A stretch of 56,899 nucleotides of DNA, the filler included, from Sphacelaria rigidula (taxonomy: Eukaryota), in the NCBI GenBank assembly GCA_964200075.2. It is 5 parts of 5 records of this genome, joined end to end, with 100 filler letters (N's around TTAATTAATTAA, not from the genome) between each part and the next. Parts side by side here need not be neighbours in the genome. Positions count along the whole stretch, not along the records: positions 22,802 to 34,101 come from CAXNAA020005097.1; positions 34,202 to 45,500 come from CAXNAA020005098.1; 3 more parts are not named here. The stretch is one strand, 5' to 3'. A model generated the notes under the pieces. That model saw nothing but the letters and a program-made list of their open reading frames with translations. It did not search any database and was not told where the DNA came from. Positions 25,802-36,638 of the stretch are shown here, in pieces; the stretch's first letter is position 1, and every line of letters begins with the position of its first letter. A program made the position numbers and the translations under genes.

Positions 25802-27047
25802 CAAGACACACATCCACCTCCACACATCCACCACCACACATGACTAGCCCTCCTGATACCGACCGCCTATCAGCTGCCTTACTTGCGCAATCGGCGTCTA
25901 CAAACATATGAAAGCTCAACCCCTGTATGCTTCCTCTGCGAAAAGAAATGCCCAGCGAACTTGTTCGCCTAACATATACCCCAAAATACCAAGCGCAGCA
26001 CGCCAATGAAGGTGTTTTGGTGAGGCACAGTACCTCACGTACTGCGTTAGATATGTCTGGCCTCGTTTGAGCTGCCAGCCACATCAGTGACCCTATCAAT
26101 TCCCGAAACGGAAATGCCGTTGCCTGCTCTTCTACACTGAACTCTTCAAGCTTCGCACCAACAGTGATGGGGATACTCTTTCCCCACTCTATTCCGTATT
26201 CCTTCGCCAACTCTTCTGCGTATGTTTGTTGTGAAATTTTCAGAGTCCCCTCTTCAATATCTCTCTCATAGTACAGTCCAGAATACCAACGCAAATCCCC
26301 GAGGTTTTTGACTGGAACTATCGTGTTGAGATCTTTACCAAATTCGTCACATCTGCCCTTCTCTCCCACTGCGAATATATCATCTACATGTACTGCAATG
26401 GTGATAATCACCCTGCCATCCTCAATCAACCGAAATACACATGAATCCGCCAAGCACTGATCATATCCCAAAAAAAAAAAACATTTCGCCAGGTGATTAT
26501 GCCACTGCCTACTTGCCTGTTTCAATCCGTACAAACTTTTGTTGAGTCTTACTATTTTACCAGATGAACTTCCACAACCAAGTGGCAACCGCATGAAAAC
26601 ATCCTCGTCCAACTCAGAGTGTACAAAAGCTTGGTCGATATCAAAATGGCGCAACGCAAGATTTTGCTCACAAGCCAGAGTCGCCAACAAACGTACGCTA
26701 GAAAATGCAACAGTGGGGCCATACAACTCTCCAAAATCTATGTTCTCCCTCTGTATATTTCCTCTTGCTACTAGTCTCGACTTCATCTTCGTGGGCCATC
26801 CAAACTCGTCCGCCTTCCAGTTATTATATACCCACTTTGCATGAATATAGTTGTCCACGAGTTGCTTTTCCGCTGAGTCTATCGTCCCCGCCTCCAGAAT
26901 GCCCCGCCATTCCCGCCCCATCGAGTCCCTCCATAAATCACCGTACTCCGAGCGCACCGCCTGCGTGTATCCGTTGGGGATCTTGAGATCCTTTGCTGGA
27001 CAATGTGGGAGTTCCGGTGGGATGTGCGGCGGGCGCTGCTCACGCAA
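25802..27047 (-). pseudogene. pol: Copia A reverse transcriptase (RVT_2) and start of RNase H
   Basis: Motifs KSRLVARG, FDIDQAFVHSEL, LNKSLYGLKQASRQW, VHVDDIF, FVDADCAS...RRSVSG. Confidence 0.92.
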
Positions 27048-27826
27048 AGCGGTATCTATATCTTCACGCGTCGCCAGCCTCGTCGCGAATCACATCGGTA
27101 TCCCCTCGCGCCCCCCTTTCTCACCATCGTTGCCCTGTCGCCCGGCATCAACCACGCCGCGCGTGAGGAGAGCAGACAGCAAATATCGCTTATTCAACTG
27201 CTGCATGAGTCCCCAGCTGTGGTGCAAGAGTGCAGCCTTGTTTGTCTTGTATTGCGTCGACCCTGACTGCGTCCGCCCTGGCTGCCGGGGGTCTGTTTCC
27301 AGCTCCAGCTCCTTCCTCACGTTGATTGGGAGCGGCGAGAAAGAATGGTCCATCACTTCAGGGGCGGATGATGCATCGCACGACGCAGTCGAGAAAGATG
27401 CTGACGGTATTGGGGACGGGATCAGGGCCGAAGAGCCGGAGAAGATCGGCGGGGATGTCGGCGGCGATCGATGCATCTGCGGAGTGGACGAGCGCGTCGG
27501 CGCCGGTAGTACCGGCTGAGTCGGCTGAGTCAGCGGAGTTGGTGGGCGCGGCGGCGGCAGGATCGGCTGAGTAGGTGGAGTCTGCTGGCGCGGCGGCGGC
27601 GGCGGCGGCGGCGGCGGCTCGAACTCCACTATGTGATATGTCGGCGGGAGTAGCGGTGTGGCGACGGTGGCGGCGGTGCTGTCCTCCTGCCCCCCGACAG
27701 GCGGCGTTTGGGCCTTCCCCCCCCGGTGAGCGGCGTCCCGTGATGCTGCTCTGCTGACGGCGCGGCGGCGGCGGCGACGGTACTGGAATGGACCTCCTCC
27801 CCCCCGACGATCGGAGTTGCCGACGA

Positions 27827-28829
27827 TTACAGTGGCACACATGGTACCGTCCAGACAACGTTGTTGGTGTAGCAGACGGAACCGGTGGCAGCCTTCAGGA
27901 CCTTGACCGTCGATGAAGAATGGTTACTGCCATTGTTGAGGTAATGGCAGGCCACGGACTGAACATCCATCTTTCCTCGGCGGTTGACCCGCATCATGCC
28001 GGGTTGCAGAAACGGCACAATCTGTAGCGGCGGGCGCTTGCCGTTGAACACTTCATACGGCGACAGTCTTCCCGGTTTAACCGTAGTAGCGGAACGATTG
28101 AACCCGTCCGCTGCCCACACCGCGGCCTCCAGCCACGGGCGCTCCATGTTCTCCCCCAGGTGAGGTATGTCGTCGAAGCGGCACTTTGGGAACAGACGTC
28201 GCGCTTCAAGACGGGCGGCGTGGCCCCCCTTCATGACCGTCCAAATTGCATGTGTTACCATAGCGTTGTGCTTCGGAGTGTCAGGGGCAGTGTACTCACG
28301 CCGAATCGTTGCATCATCGCAGAAGGCGCCGGAACCGTTGGAGGTGAACTCGCCCCCGTTGTCCATGCGAAAACAACCGGGGGTACCGATCGCGCTGACG
28401 TCGGCGATGAAACGTTTCACATTTGCCAGCGTGTCAGGCTTACGTGCGAGGCCATAAAACACCATGAAGCGCGACTTGCTGTCGACGCAGCCCAGCATAT
28501 GGGTTGATGCACCCAGAGTACGCGGGTGTGGACCGTTGGGGTCGAGATGCACCCTGCCAAGTACAGTCGTCGCCCTAGTGCCAAGGCTTCGCGAAATACC
28601 TGCCCTCTGTCCCTTCGCCCTCCAAACACGCCGCACATGGCGCCAGTACCCCCGTCAATGTAATGCCCTGTTGTTTCGCAGTTTCTCTCAGAAACGTCTC
28701 ATGAATGTGGGGAAGGGAAACGTGAAAACAAATAGTGTCGATTTCTTGTTTTGGTTTTCCAACTGAAAATGCGTGAGAGCTGGGGGCAAAAACAGCAAGG
28801 GCCGTCCCGTTTTTAGCCACAACTCCCAT
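27827..28829 (-). pseudogene. Copia A GAG-pre-integrase and integrase core (frameshifted)
   Basis: Motifs FHVSLPH...CAACLEG, VHLDPNGP, CVDSKSRF, RMDNGGEF, TAPDTPKHN, SPYEVFNGKRP. Confidence 0.9.
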
Positions 28830-28964
28830 TTCTTCACTCAGAAAACGCAGAAAAAAATCTTGGGGGGGGTCATTTTAAATCCAGCCATCAGGGCTTCATC
28901 CTTGAACACACTCAAGTCTGGACAGTGAAGCCCTTGGACTGCACAGGGGGAACCAACACCATTC

Positions 28965-29290
28965 GTTGGAGTAGATACAACGTTTCCAGGGGAAGCGGAC
29001 TTGAAACCAACCCTTGAGGTTACAACGTTCGCCGGAGGAACGGACTGGACACAAACGCTTGGGGGAGGGGCAGTTACAACACTTGCCGGTGAAGCGGACT
29101 GTACACCAACACTTAAAGTCATTACGTTCGCCGGAGGAACGAACTGGACACGAACGCTTGGGGGAGGGGCAGTTACAACACTTGCCGGTGAAGCGGACTG
29201 TACACCAACACTTGAAGTTACCACGTTTGCCGGAGGAACGGACTGGACACGAACGCTTGGGGGAGGGGCAGTAACACCTACAGCTGGTAC
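28965..29290 (-). repeat. In-frame 99-bp (33-aa) tandem repeat in copia A pol
   Basis: ACTGGACAC at 29044, 29143 and 29242. Encodes about three copies of VVTAPPPSVRVQSVPPAN-VVTSSVGVQSASPAS. Confidence 0.9.
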
Positions 29291-29429
29291 GGCACGTGGG
29301 GGGTTTTCGTATGTTGACGGTAGACGAGTGGCCCTTTGTGACGAAGACCGCTTATTGCGATCGAAGCGAAGCCGACCGTCGAATATATGTACTCCTGTTT
29401 CAGTCAGGAGTATATCCTGCTTCTTCTGC

Positions 29430-31788
29430 ACTTGGTGCAGAGAAAAGAGGTTGTAATGTAAACCTTAAAGAACGTAAACATCAGTCAGCTGCACGCAAAA
29501 TTCCGAGGACGCACCGACAGATGTCGGGGCGGTTGAATTTCCCATGTGGAATTTGAGCTTTAAACTCCCTACTGGTCTGACAGGGAGAATTATTCCGTTC
29601 CCCACTATCACGTGCTCATTTCCTTTCGGGTGTGGGGGTCAATCAAACATACCAGCCACTGAACCAGTGGTATCATGTGAAGCACCATTATCACTTATCC
29701 ACTCCTCTGTACCATCATCCACATCAACCCCCGACCCACTCTGATTAAGCAAAGCAACACCCAAAGTAAAATCACCCAACTCGAAACGTGACTCGCCTTG
29801 GGACACAGGGTGTGCCAGCATAGGTGAAGCGGCGCAGAGGATGAAGCTGAACCGGAGGAAGGCAGATTGGAAGCAGGTTGGGCATGATGAGGTTGCTGCT
29901 GCTGTAGTTGGTGAGGGTGCTGCAGTCGAAGTTCACCTTGCTGCGGTGATGACTGGATCTGGTTGTTGATGGCAGCTGCGGAGGATTGCGGGGGGTTGCG
30001 GGGAAACTGGATACAGTGCGCGTAGACTGCACCGCTGAAGTCGCTGCTAACTTCTAACATCCACCCGTCTTCATCCGTTCCGTCCCACTGTTGTTCGTCG
30101 TGGCTGCTCTCTTTGTTCCCCCCTTGGTCACCGTAAAGTTGCACGGTGTTGACCGATCCCTAGGAATGAGTCCAGGAGGGGCTGGTGTCCTCCGTGACGA
30201 GGTTGATTCTGGGTGGGATGCGCATGACGTACTCCCGAATCGACTTGCGGTGTCACTACTCTACGCCATGGGCAAAATGTATGCATGTGGCCAAGTTCGT
30301 CGCATGTGATGCATCGTTTACGGGGGTCGGCGTGGTGAATTGGGGGTTCGTTGCCTACGGGGCGGTATAAACCATCAGGATAAGCTGAATAGTCATACCC
30401 ACCTTGCGGCGGGTCATAGTGCGGTAGTTGGCTGCCGGGGTGGGCATTCCCGCCCCCGCGCCCCGAAGCACCGTAACTGTGACCAAACCCACGCCCTGCG
30501 CCCCGCCCCCCACGTCTCGCTTGCTGCTGATGATGCTGGGGTTGTTGGCGTTGTTGCTGCTGTTGTTGTTGCTGAGTGAGCTGCGGTGATTGGGTGGGAA
30601 TCCTACCGCGTCTACTACCTCCACGACCTCCAAAACTGTCTGCACTACGGTATTGCTGCTGGCGAACATCATTCCACGCACCCCGATCACCGCGACTTTC
30701 TTGTGCGTGCATGTTTTCGTTGTGCGTTGCATTCTCAATCGTCATGATGGATCGTGTTGTGAAAATGGCAAAAAATATCACCCTGCTGCCGACGTCTCTC
30801 ACCGCCCTGTTGTCGTCCGTTTTGCAGCGCGCCCCCACCTCTACCACCCCCACTGGCAGCGACGAGCGCATGGCCCTCATCTCCATCCCGATTCCTGCCT
30901 GCCCTACTCCTGGCCAGTTCCATCTCTCCATGCGCCGTCATCACCTTGCGCTCCAGGGTATCTGTTGTTACTTCATCGAAAGCAAACAATACACCACGGA
31001 CGATGTCGAAGTCACTTGAACGGCGGCGTATGTAGTGTCGATTTGCGTCTGCATCTGATATCACGACTCCAAGCTTAGCACGGTTGTTCCTCATCAATTT
31101 ACCTCTATCTAGAAACATACAGGGGTCTTCTCCCAAGTTCATATCAAGGGTCTGCCATTGATGATCCAACTGTGCCTTTACGGTGGTTGGAGAAACGGTG
31201 TAGTAGTCTACAACGTATTTCCATCCCTCGCTGGGGTTTCCCAGTCTCACAAGTTGTCGTACAAGCGGAGCGAAAGTAATTTTTTCGCCTAGTATGCTCC
31301 ATGCTCTGCTGGCCTTCCCTACCAACTCGGTCCCGAACCTCTCGATCAAATCCCGCTCATTATCAAAATGTACCCTAACGGCGAAAGATGTTTGAAGAGC
31401 CTCTTCGCTGAACTCTTGCTTAAAAATATGCTGTCATTTGTAGCTTGAAAACCATGAACTTCTCTCTTACTTCCTCACCACTCTTTGCCGTACCATCCCA
31501 CGCTGCAATACTGTTATGCGAACGTACCCTCAAAATGCCAGACTGTACCATCTGGGCTTGATCCTGTGTATGCAGGCGTGCGTCTTGGACCGCTGCTATT
31601 GTTGTCGTAGGTCGGATGCGCTGCTGGGGGGGCGTAGCTCTTGTTGCTGACGCGCGCACTCCCAGCCCTGGATCCTCTTCCTGTGCTTGACTTTGTTGTT
31701 GCAGGTCTTGTATCTGATTCGCTTGCTCCTGCATGTATCCTGTTAGTATCTCCCTAGCCGCGTCTGGGTCGGCGCCTTGCATCTTCAC
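29430..31788 (-). pseudogene. gag: Copia A gag and protease (frameshifted)
   Basis: ORF pieces 31788-31420, 31349-30735, 30931-30128 and 29821-29639. Gag-like QWQTLDMNLGEDPCMFLDR, zinc knuckles and the protease motif WISDNGASH. Confidence 0.85.
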
Positions 31789-31921
31789 GATGATGTCGTT
31801 TACTTGATTTTCGAAGTCCTGAGGTTGCCTGTGCGGAGCGTAGCCTGATCGCTAGCGTAAGGGCTGAATCTCGTACTTGGCGCTGGGTTCTATGTCTAAG
31901 AAAAAGTCGCGGGACCTCTGT

Positions 31922-32264
31922 TGTTGAATTGATTCCCTTGTTGATAGATGTATATTATACTCTCCACCCAAAACGTAAAAACCCAGGGAAGTGCACTTCA
32001 CAAAAGGGGCGTGGTCAATCATGAAGAGCGACTCCTGTAGAAAAACTACACGTCAGAGCCTAATTCCTTGGCCACGCGATTGGGCGTATGACTCTCAGCG
32101 GATTCTTGCTGCAACCAACAAATCGGGTATACCTTCCATAACAGAACTGTATCTCATTACTTGTCATTCACCCATATGTCATAGTCCAATCACAATATCC
32201 ATTTCCCTCGCATCCAGGCCTACTCACATGTATTAATCATTGAGTGTGAGTATATTCGATTACA
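31922..32264 (-). repeat. Copia A 5' LTR (putative)
   Basis: The minus strand begins TGTAATCG and ends ATTCAACA, followed by a PBS-like ACAGAGGTCCCGC. No second LTR is available to confirm the limits. Confidence 0.65.
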
Positions 32265-32417
32265 CCCCTATGGTTAGGGTTAGGGTTAGGGTTGGGGTTA
32301 GGGTCAGGGGCGTGGTACCTCCAGGGACTGACCCGATTGGTTTTGAAAAACGTCGATCCTGAGGTGTTTTGAACTACGGCGCGGTACTCTAAGCACGCGG
32401 TCCTGTCACGCATTACA
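32265..32417 (+). mobile_element. TTAGGG-carrying MITE, right half (interrupted by copia A)
   Basis: TGGTTAGGGTTAGGGTTAGGG...GCACGCGGTCCTGTCACGCATTACA matches 24380-24538. Confidence 0.88.
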
Positions 32418-33875
32418 GACGCGTTCTGCTGACCAGGTGGGTCGCAGAAGCTGTGGACATCGTCGATAACCGGCCAGGCTACATATTCCGCTTGTTCGAG
32501 AAGACAGCAGCCCTGATGATGACGACGGACGAAACTGGAGACGATCGAATCAAAGTGGAGGGGTTGATGGAGTCTTTGGCGTTCATGGACGATGAGAGCG
32601 ACGATGAGGTGAACGAGGTGAACGAGGTCGGGGAGGGCAGCGGGGGAAGAACACGTGGGCAAGGAAAAGATGGGAAAAGGGATGAAGATATTCAAGGGGA
32701 GGAAGGAGGGGCTGGTGATGGGAGTTGAGAAGATACGCACGGGTGGTCACTGGGGTCTATAACCTGGCCCGTTTGGGACCTTATCCACCTTTGGCAAGGT
32801 CCGCGGGTTGGGTAGACAACTGAAGAGCATTCGCACAGCATGGACAGGATCGAAACAAAACATGTCCCAGTCTATAGGCGGATAACTCCCCTGTAGGGGG
32901 CGTGGAGAAAGAGCAGGGAGGACGGGACAAGGGCCAGGGTAGCGGGGACGAGGGCAATGAAAACGAGGACAGTGAGGACGAGGACGAGGACGGCGAGGGG
33001 GAAGACGAAGACAGCTTGGAACAAGGTAGAGGAGAACGGGATTTTGTTTGTGTTGTTTCTTCAAGTAGTCTCGTTTGCTTCAGCACTTGTGGGTGGTGTA
33101 ATGCGTGACAGGACCGCGTGCTTAGAGTACCGCGCCGTAGTTCAAAACACCTCAGGATCGATGTTTTTCAGAACCAATCGGGCCAGTCCCTGCAGGTACC
33201 ACGCCCCTGACTAGAACCCTCCACGTTTCACTAGGGAATTATCTAGAGCAGTTAACAGTTGGTCTCGACTACTGTTGAAGGCGAAACCCGTCCGGGACCA
33301 CCGTTCCGATAGGCGCATCGTCCGGTGACATGTCGTCTTCATCGTCCAGCAGAGTCAGCGGGTATTTCCCGTAATCAGAGACACCTGGATACCGTACAAC
33401 GTAAAGCGTTGGCGGAAACGAACGTGAAACGGGAACACATTCTTCATGGTACAAGGGCCAAATTCTGGAACATTCACGACCAGAGAGCTATGCTGTAAGT
33501 CATACTGAAAGCCACGAAACTTCATGTCAGGTGCGCACGAAACGAAACACTTGTAGTGCTGTATCTGCTGACCTACACAGTAAACCACCTGTAATGCGTG
33601 AGAGGACCGCGTGCTTAGAGGACCACATCGGAATTTGAACATCCCTAGGGTTAGGGTTAGGGTCAGGGTTAGTGTTAGTGTTGTTAAGATTGAGAGTGGG
33701 GTGATTTAGTGGCCTGATCACTCGCAAGGGTCAGGAGCGCACCAAAAAATTGTACGACTACCGTGTGAATCTTGAAGAAGATCAGAGCGTGCGTACGGCA
33801 TGAAACTACTGTTAGCTGCATACAGCACGGAAGCAAGCGTGCCGGTGGGTTCGTGGGTCTTACAAGAGCCTACTA
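32418..33875 (+). pseudogene. Spliced, acidic-rich pseudogene fragment split by a MITE and a local inversion
   Basis: After re-inverting 33219-33678, ...EDEDSLEQ G|GT...CAG|GT joins in phase to VSDYGKYPLTLLDDEDDMSPDDAPIGTVVPDGFRLQQ..TALDNSLVKRG|VLLRLRVG*FSGLITRKGQERTKKLYDYRVNLEEDQS..MKLLLAAYSTEASVPVGSWVL. It has stops and frameshifts, and the function is unknown. Confidence 0.6.
33097..33678. mobile_element. TTAGGG-carrying MITE split into two halves (33097-33218 and 33590-33678) by an inversion
   Basis: The TIR TGTAATGCGTGA starts at both 33097 and 33590. Re-inversion gives a complete copy with a perfect GGTGG TSD. Confidence 0.85.
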
Positions 33876-34101
33876 AAAAGCAGCAAAAGGGGGGTACGGT
33901 CGGAAGGGGCGGGCAGAACAGCTAGTGCGGAGATCCAGAAACAGGCTGGAAAAAAAATGCAGTCAGTAGCAGGGGGATGGTATTAACCCCCAACGTGCAT
34001 AATATAGACCATGTCGATTGAGTTGCTCTTCTGGCTTGTGACGAAATCACGCCGTAACGGTTGAGTACATATTGGATCCTGGATGATGACCAGGGGACAA
34101 G

Positions 34102-34201
34102 NNNNNNNNNNNNNNNNNNNNNNNNNNNNNNNNNNNNNNNNNNNNTTAATTAATTAANNNNNNNNNNNNNNNNNNNNNNNNNNNNNNNNNNNNNNNNNNN
34201 N
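34102..34201. other. Artificial contig linker
   Basis: 44 N + TTAATTAATTAA + 44 N. Confidence 0.98.
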
Positions 34202-34335
34202 TGGTCTTATGACTATGGCATGCATGATCATGAGTACACCCCCCCCCCCCGCCCGCTCAAGCTAGCGTTGATATGATTCGGAGAAAACCAAACGACGATA
34301 TTTGCAAGAAATTTGACTCTAAAACTATAGGCGAC

Positions 34336-34812
34336 TGAGGCCAACTCGATTGGGAGTCATGCAAAAATCCTGTCGAAAACTGCCTTTTGGGCCCTTCTCC
34401 ATCGTTTTACGCCCGAAGAGGGAGCTAGGCGGATGTTGACGCCTTGGAATGACTTACTGTACTCGTTGAGACCATTCCAGGACAACTTTGCATTTTCCGC
34501 TGGCCGCAGTTTTGTTCTTGGCCAAACTTGTATTTTCAATAAAAACGGTCAGGTGATACAAGTACTGGCAGTTTCCCCCCTGTTTTATCACCTGACCGTT
34601 CTTCATTGAAAACGCAAGTTTGGCCGGAAGTAAAACTGCGGCCAGCGGGAAATGAAAAGTTGCCCTAGAATGGCCTCAACGAGTACAGCAGGTAATTCCA
34701 AGGTGTCAACATCCGTCTAGCCCTCTTTTCGGGCGTAAAAAGACGGAGAAGGGGGGCCCAAAAGGCAGTCTTCAACATGAAATTCGAACGGCTCCCATTA
34801 GAGTCGGTCTCA
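34336..34812. repeat. Foldback inverted repeat (~225-bp arms, ~27-bp spacer)
   Basis: 34336-34558 is the diverged reverse complement of 34586-34812, e.g. CCGCTGGCCGCAGTTTT/AAAACTGCGGCCAGCGG and ACGGTCAGGTGATA/TATCACCTGACCGT. Confidence 0.9.
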
Positions 34813-35096
34813 CTGAATCATTGTCAGAACAAAAAAAAATCCTCTATGGTCTGCTAGTAGTCTGCATTTCGAAGCATGAGGGACCTAAAGCGAGAAGAAG
34901 CCAATGGCAGCCTCGAGCATGGAACGAAGGAAGACATGGAGTTCTCAGCACTCGGTGACGTCACCAAACTTCTCGTTACATCGTCTGGTTGCAAATATCG
35001 TGAAGCGTTACAGGCGCATTTCCCACCTTTATGATGCAATAATCAACTTGGACGTATCTCACCCATGTCAGCCGACATACTCGACGAAACTTGTAT

Positions 35097-35570
35097 TGTG
35101 GGATTTCCGTGTGGTTCCCAGCAGGTGGTGGCAAAGGCCGACACCGACAGATGTTAGTCTGTACATCTAGCTTGTAGATGACAGGTGATGCTACTGCTGT
35201 AGACTTGTTGATGTTGAATGGGCGCTTGCGGCCAACAGAGACTTCTAGAGTACAATGGACTGTCGAGGTCCAGTTGAGAAGTTGGAGAAATGAAAATATA
35301 AAGAGTGAAAGAGTAGGGCTCGCGATGTACTCGTGAGTTCTCTCGTGCTCCTCTTCTCAAGAGTTCGTATCTCAATCCTATCAGAGATTCTCGATCGTAC
35401 CGGACCGTTACTCAAACCGATCTACAGCATACGAAGTACTTGTTCTAGAAGCACTCTAGAACGTTTCAACCGACAGCGGTTGCTCCGCTCAAACACCAAA
35501 GGACACATGTTGCCTGCGCTATATTACTGAGCATTGCCTGGATAGTCTATGCCAAAGTCTATCCCTAACA
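35097..35570 (-). repeat. Copia B 3' LTR (474 bp)
   Basis: TG...CA termini with the PPT immediately adjacent. 35097-35451 matches 42224-42578. Confidence 0.93.
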
Positions 35571-36638
35571 CTCCCCCTCAGTGGAAGTTGCCTGCGCAAA
35601 AAATACTCCGTGCTACCTGGTTGTCAGTTGCAACTAATCAACCCCAAAGAACACCTCACTTACTCCCCCCCAAGTGTCAACTTGATATGGTGCTTCTTAC
35701 CATAGAGCTTACGTTGGCACGATACCTTATGGGAAATAAATGTCAACTACCAAGCAAGTTCTCAATTGCTTTTAGAATTTCCACCTACTTGCTATGAGTC
35801 AAACCAATTCCATTACTACTACAACAGCAATGAATGCTAGTTGTTGAACAATTTGCATACTATGCATGAGTTACAATTGCCTTTTGAGAAATACAAAGTA
35901 CACGCGGATGTTGTCGTCCCTTCAAAACGACTACTTGTACTCTCTCTGCCACACCGGCGCTGCAAGAAAATCTGAAGAGATTATTGAAAACCAAAACAAG
36001 AAAACGATCATGCAACAGATCTGGCTGCACCTCTTCTCTTTTTAGAATATCAGACACACACGCATGTTCTAGACTAGTCTTAGTCTAGTCTTAGTCTAGA
36101 AGCTTGTTCTGGAAACTACTGTTCCAGGAACCAAAGTACCGTTCTACGTGGCCTACTTGAACCAACTACTATTTTTGAGAACGTTCCTAAGATACGGTGT
36201 ACGCATTCAGATCTCGACTGCTATAATAACACTGAACATTGACTTATGAAGCTTTGCTAATCCATAACACTCCCCCTTAATGGAAGTTTCGTGATACTGC
36301 TCCAACAATAAATACTTCACATTCATCCAAAGATATACTGTAGCCTAGACCATACGTTGTGTCGACTACGTCCCCTTAGTGCAAGGAATGTAAACCTTGA
36401 AATGCATTTCATGGCAGGCAATCTCCTACAGGATGAACTCAAGGGACAGAGATACAGTGATGTACCAAACACCAAAGTATATAATCCAACGCAAAAATAT
36501 TGCTGAAACTACGTAGTAGCGAATACTGGACTATTGATGACTATTAGCCCGTAATCGCAAAGTCAAAACAGGGCGATCCCTGAATTTTGTAGATTGAAGT
36601 TCTTGGTCGAAGGTCCTTGTTGAAGATCCTTGAGCTTG

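Larger units (their letters stand above)
25802..32264 (-). mobile_element. Ty1/copia LTR retrotransposon A, degenerate and 3'-truncated
   Basis: Domain order is 5' LTR, gag (CCHC knuckle CITCDELGHMHTFC), protease (WISDNGAS), pre-integrase Zn domain, integrase, then RT (VHVDD). It is cut inside RNase H by the CACTA-like element and has multiple frameshifts. Confidence 0.93.
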
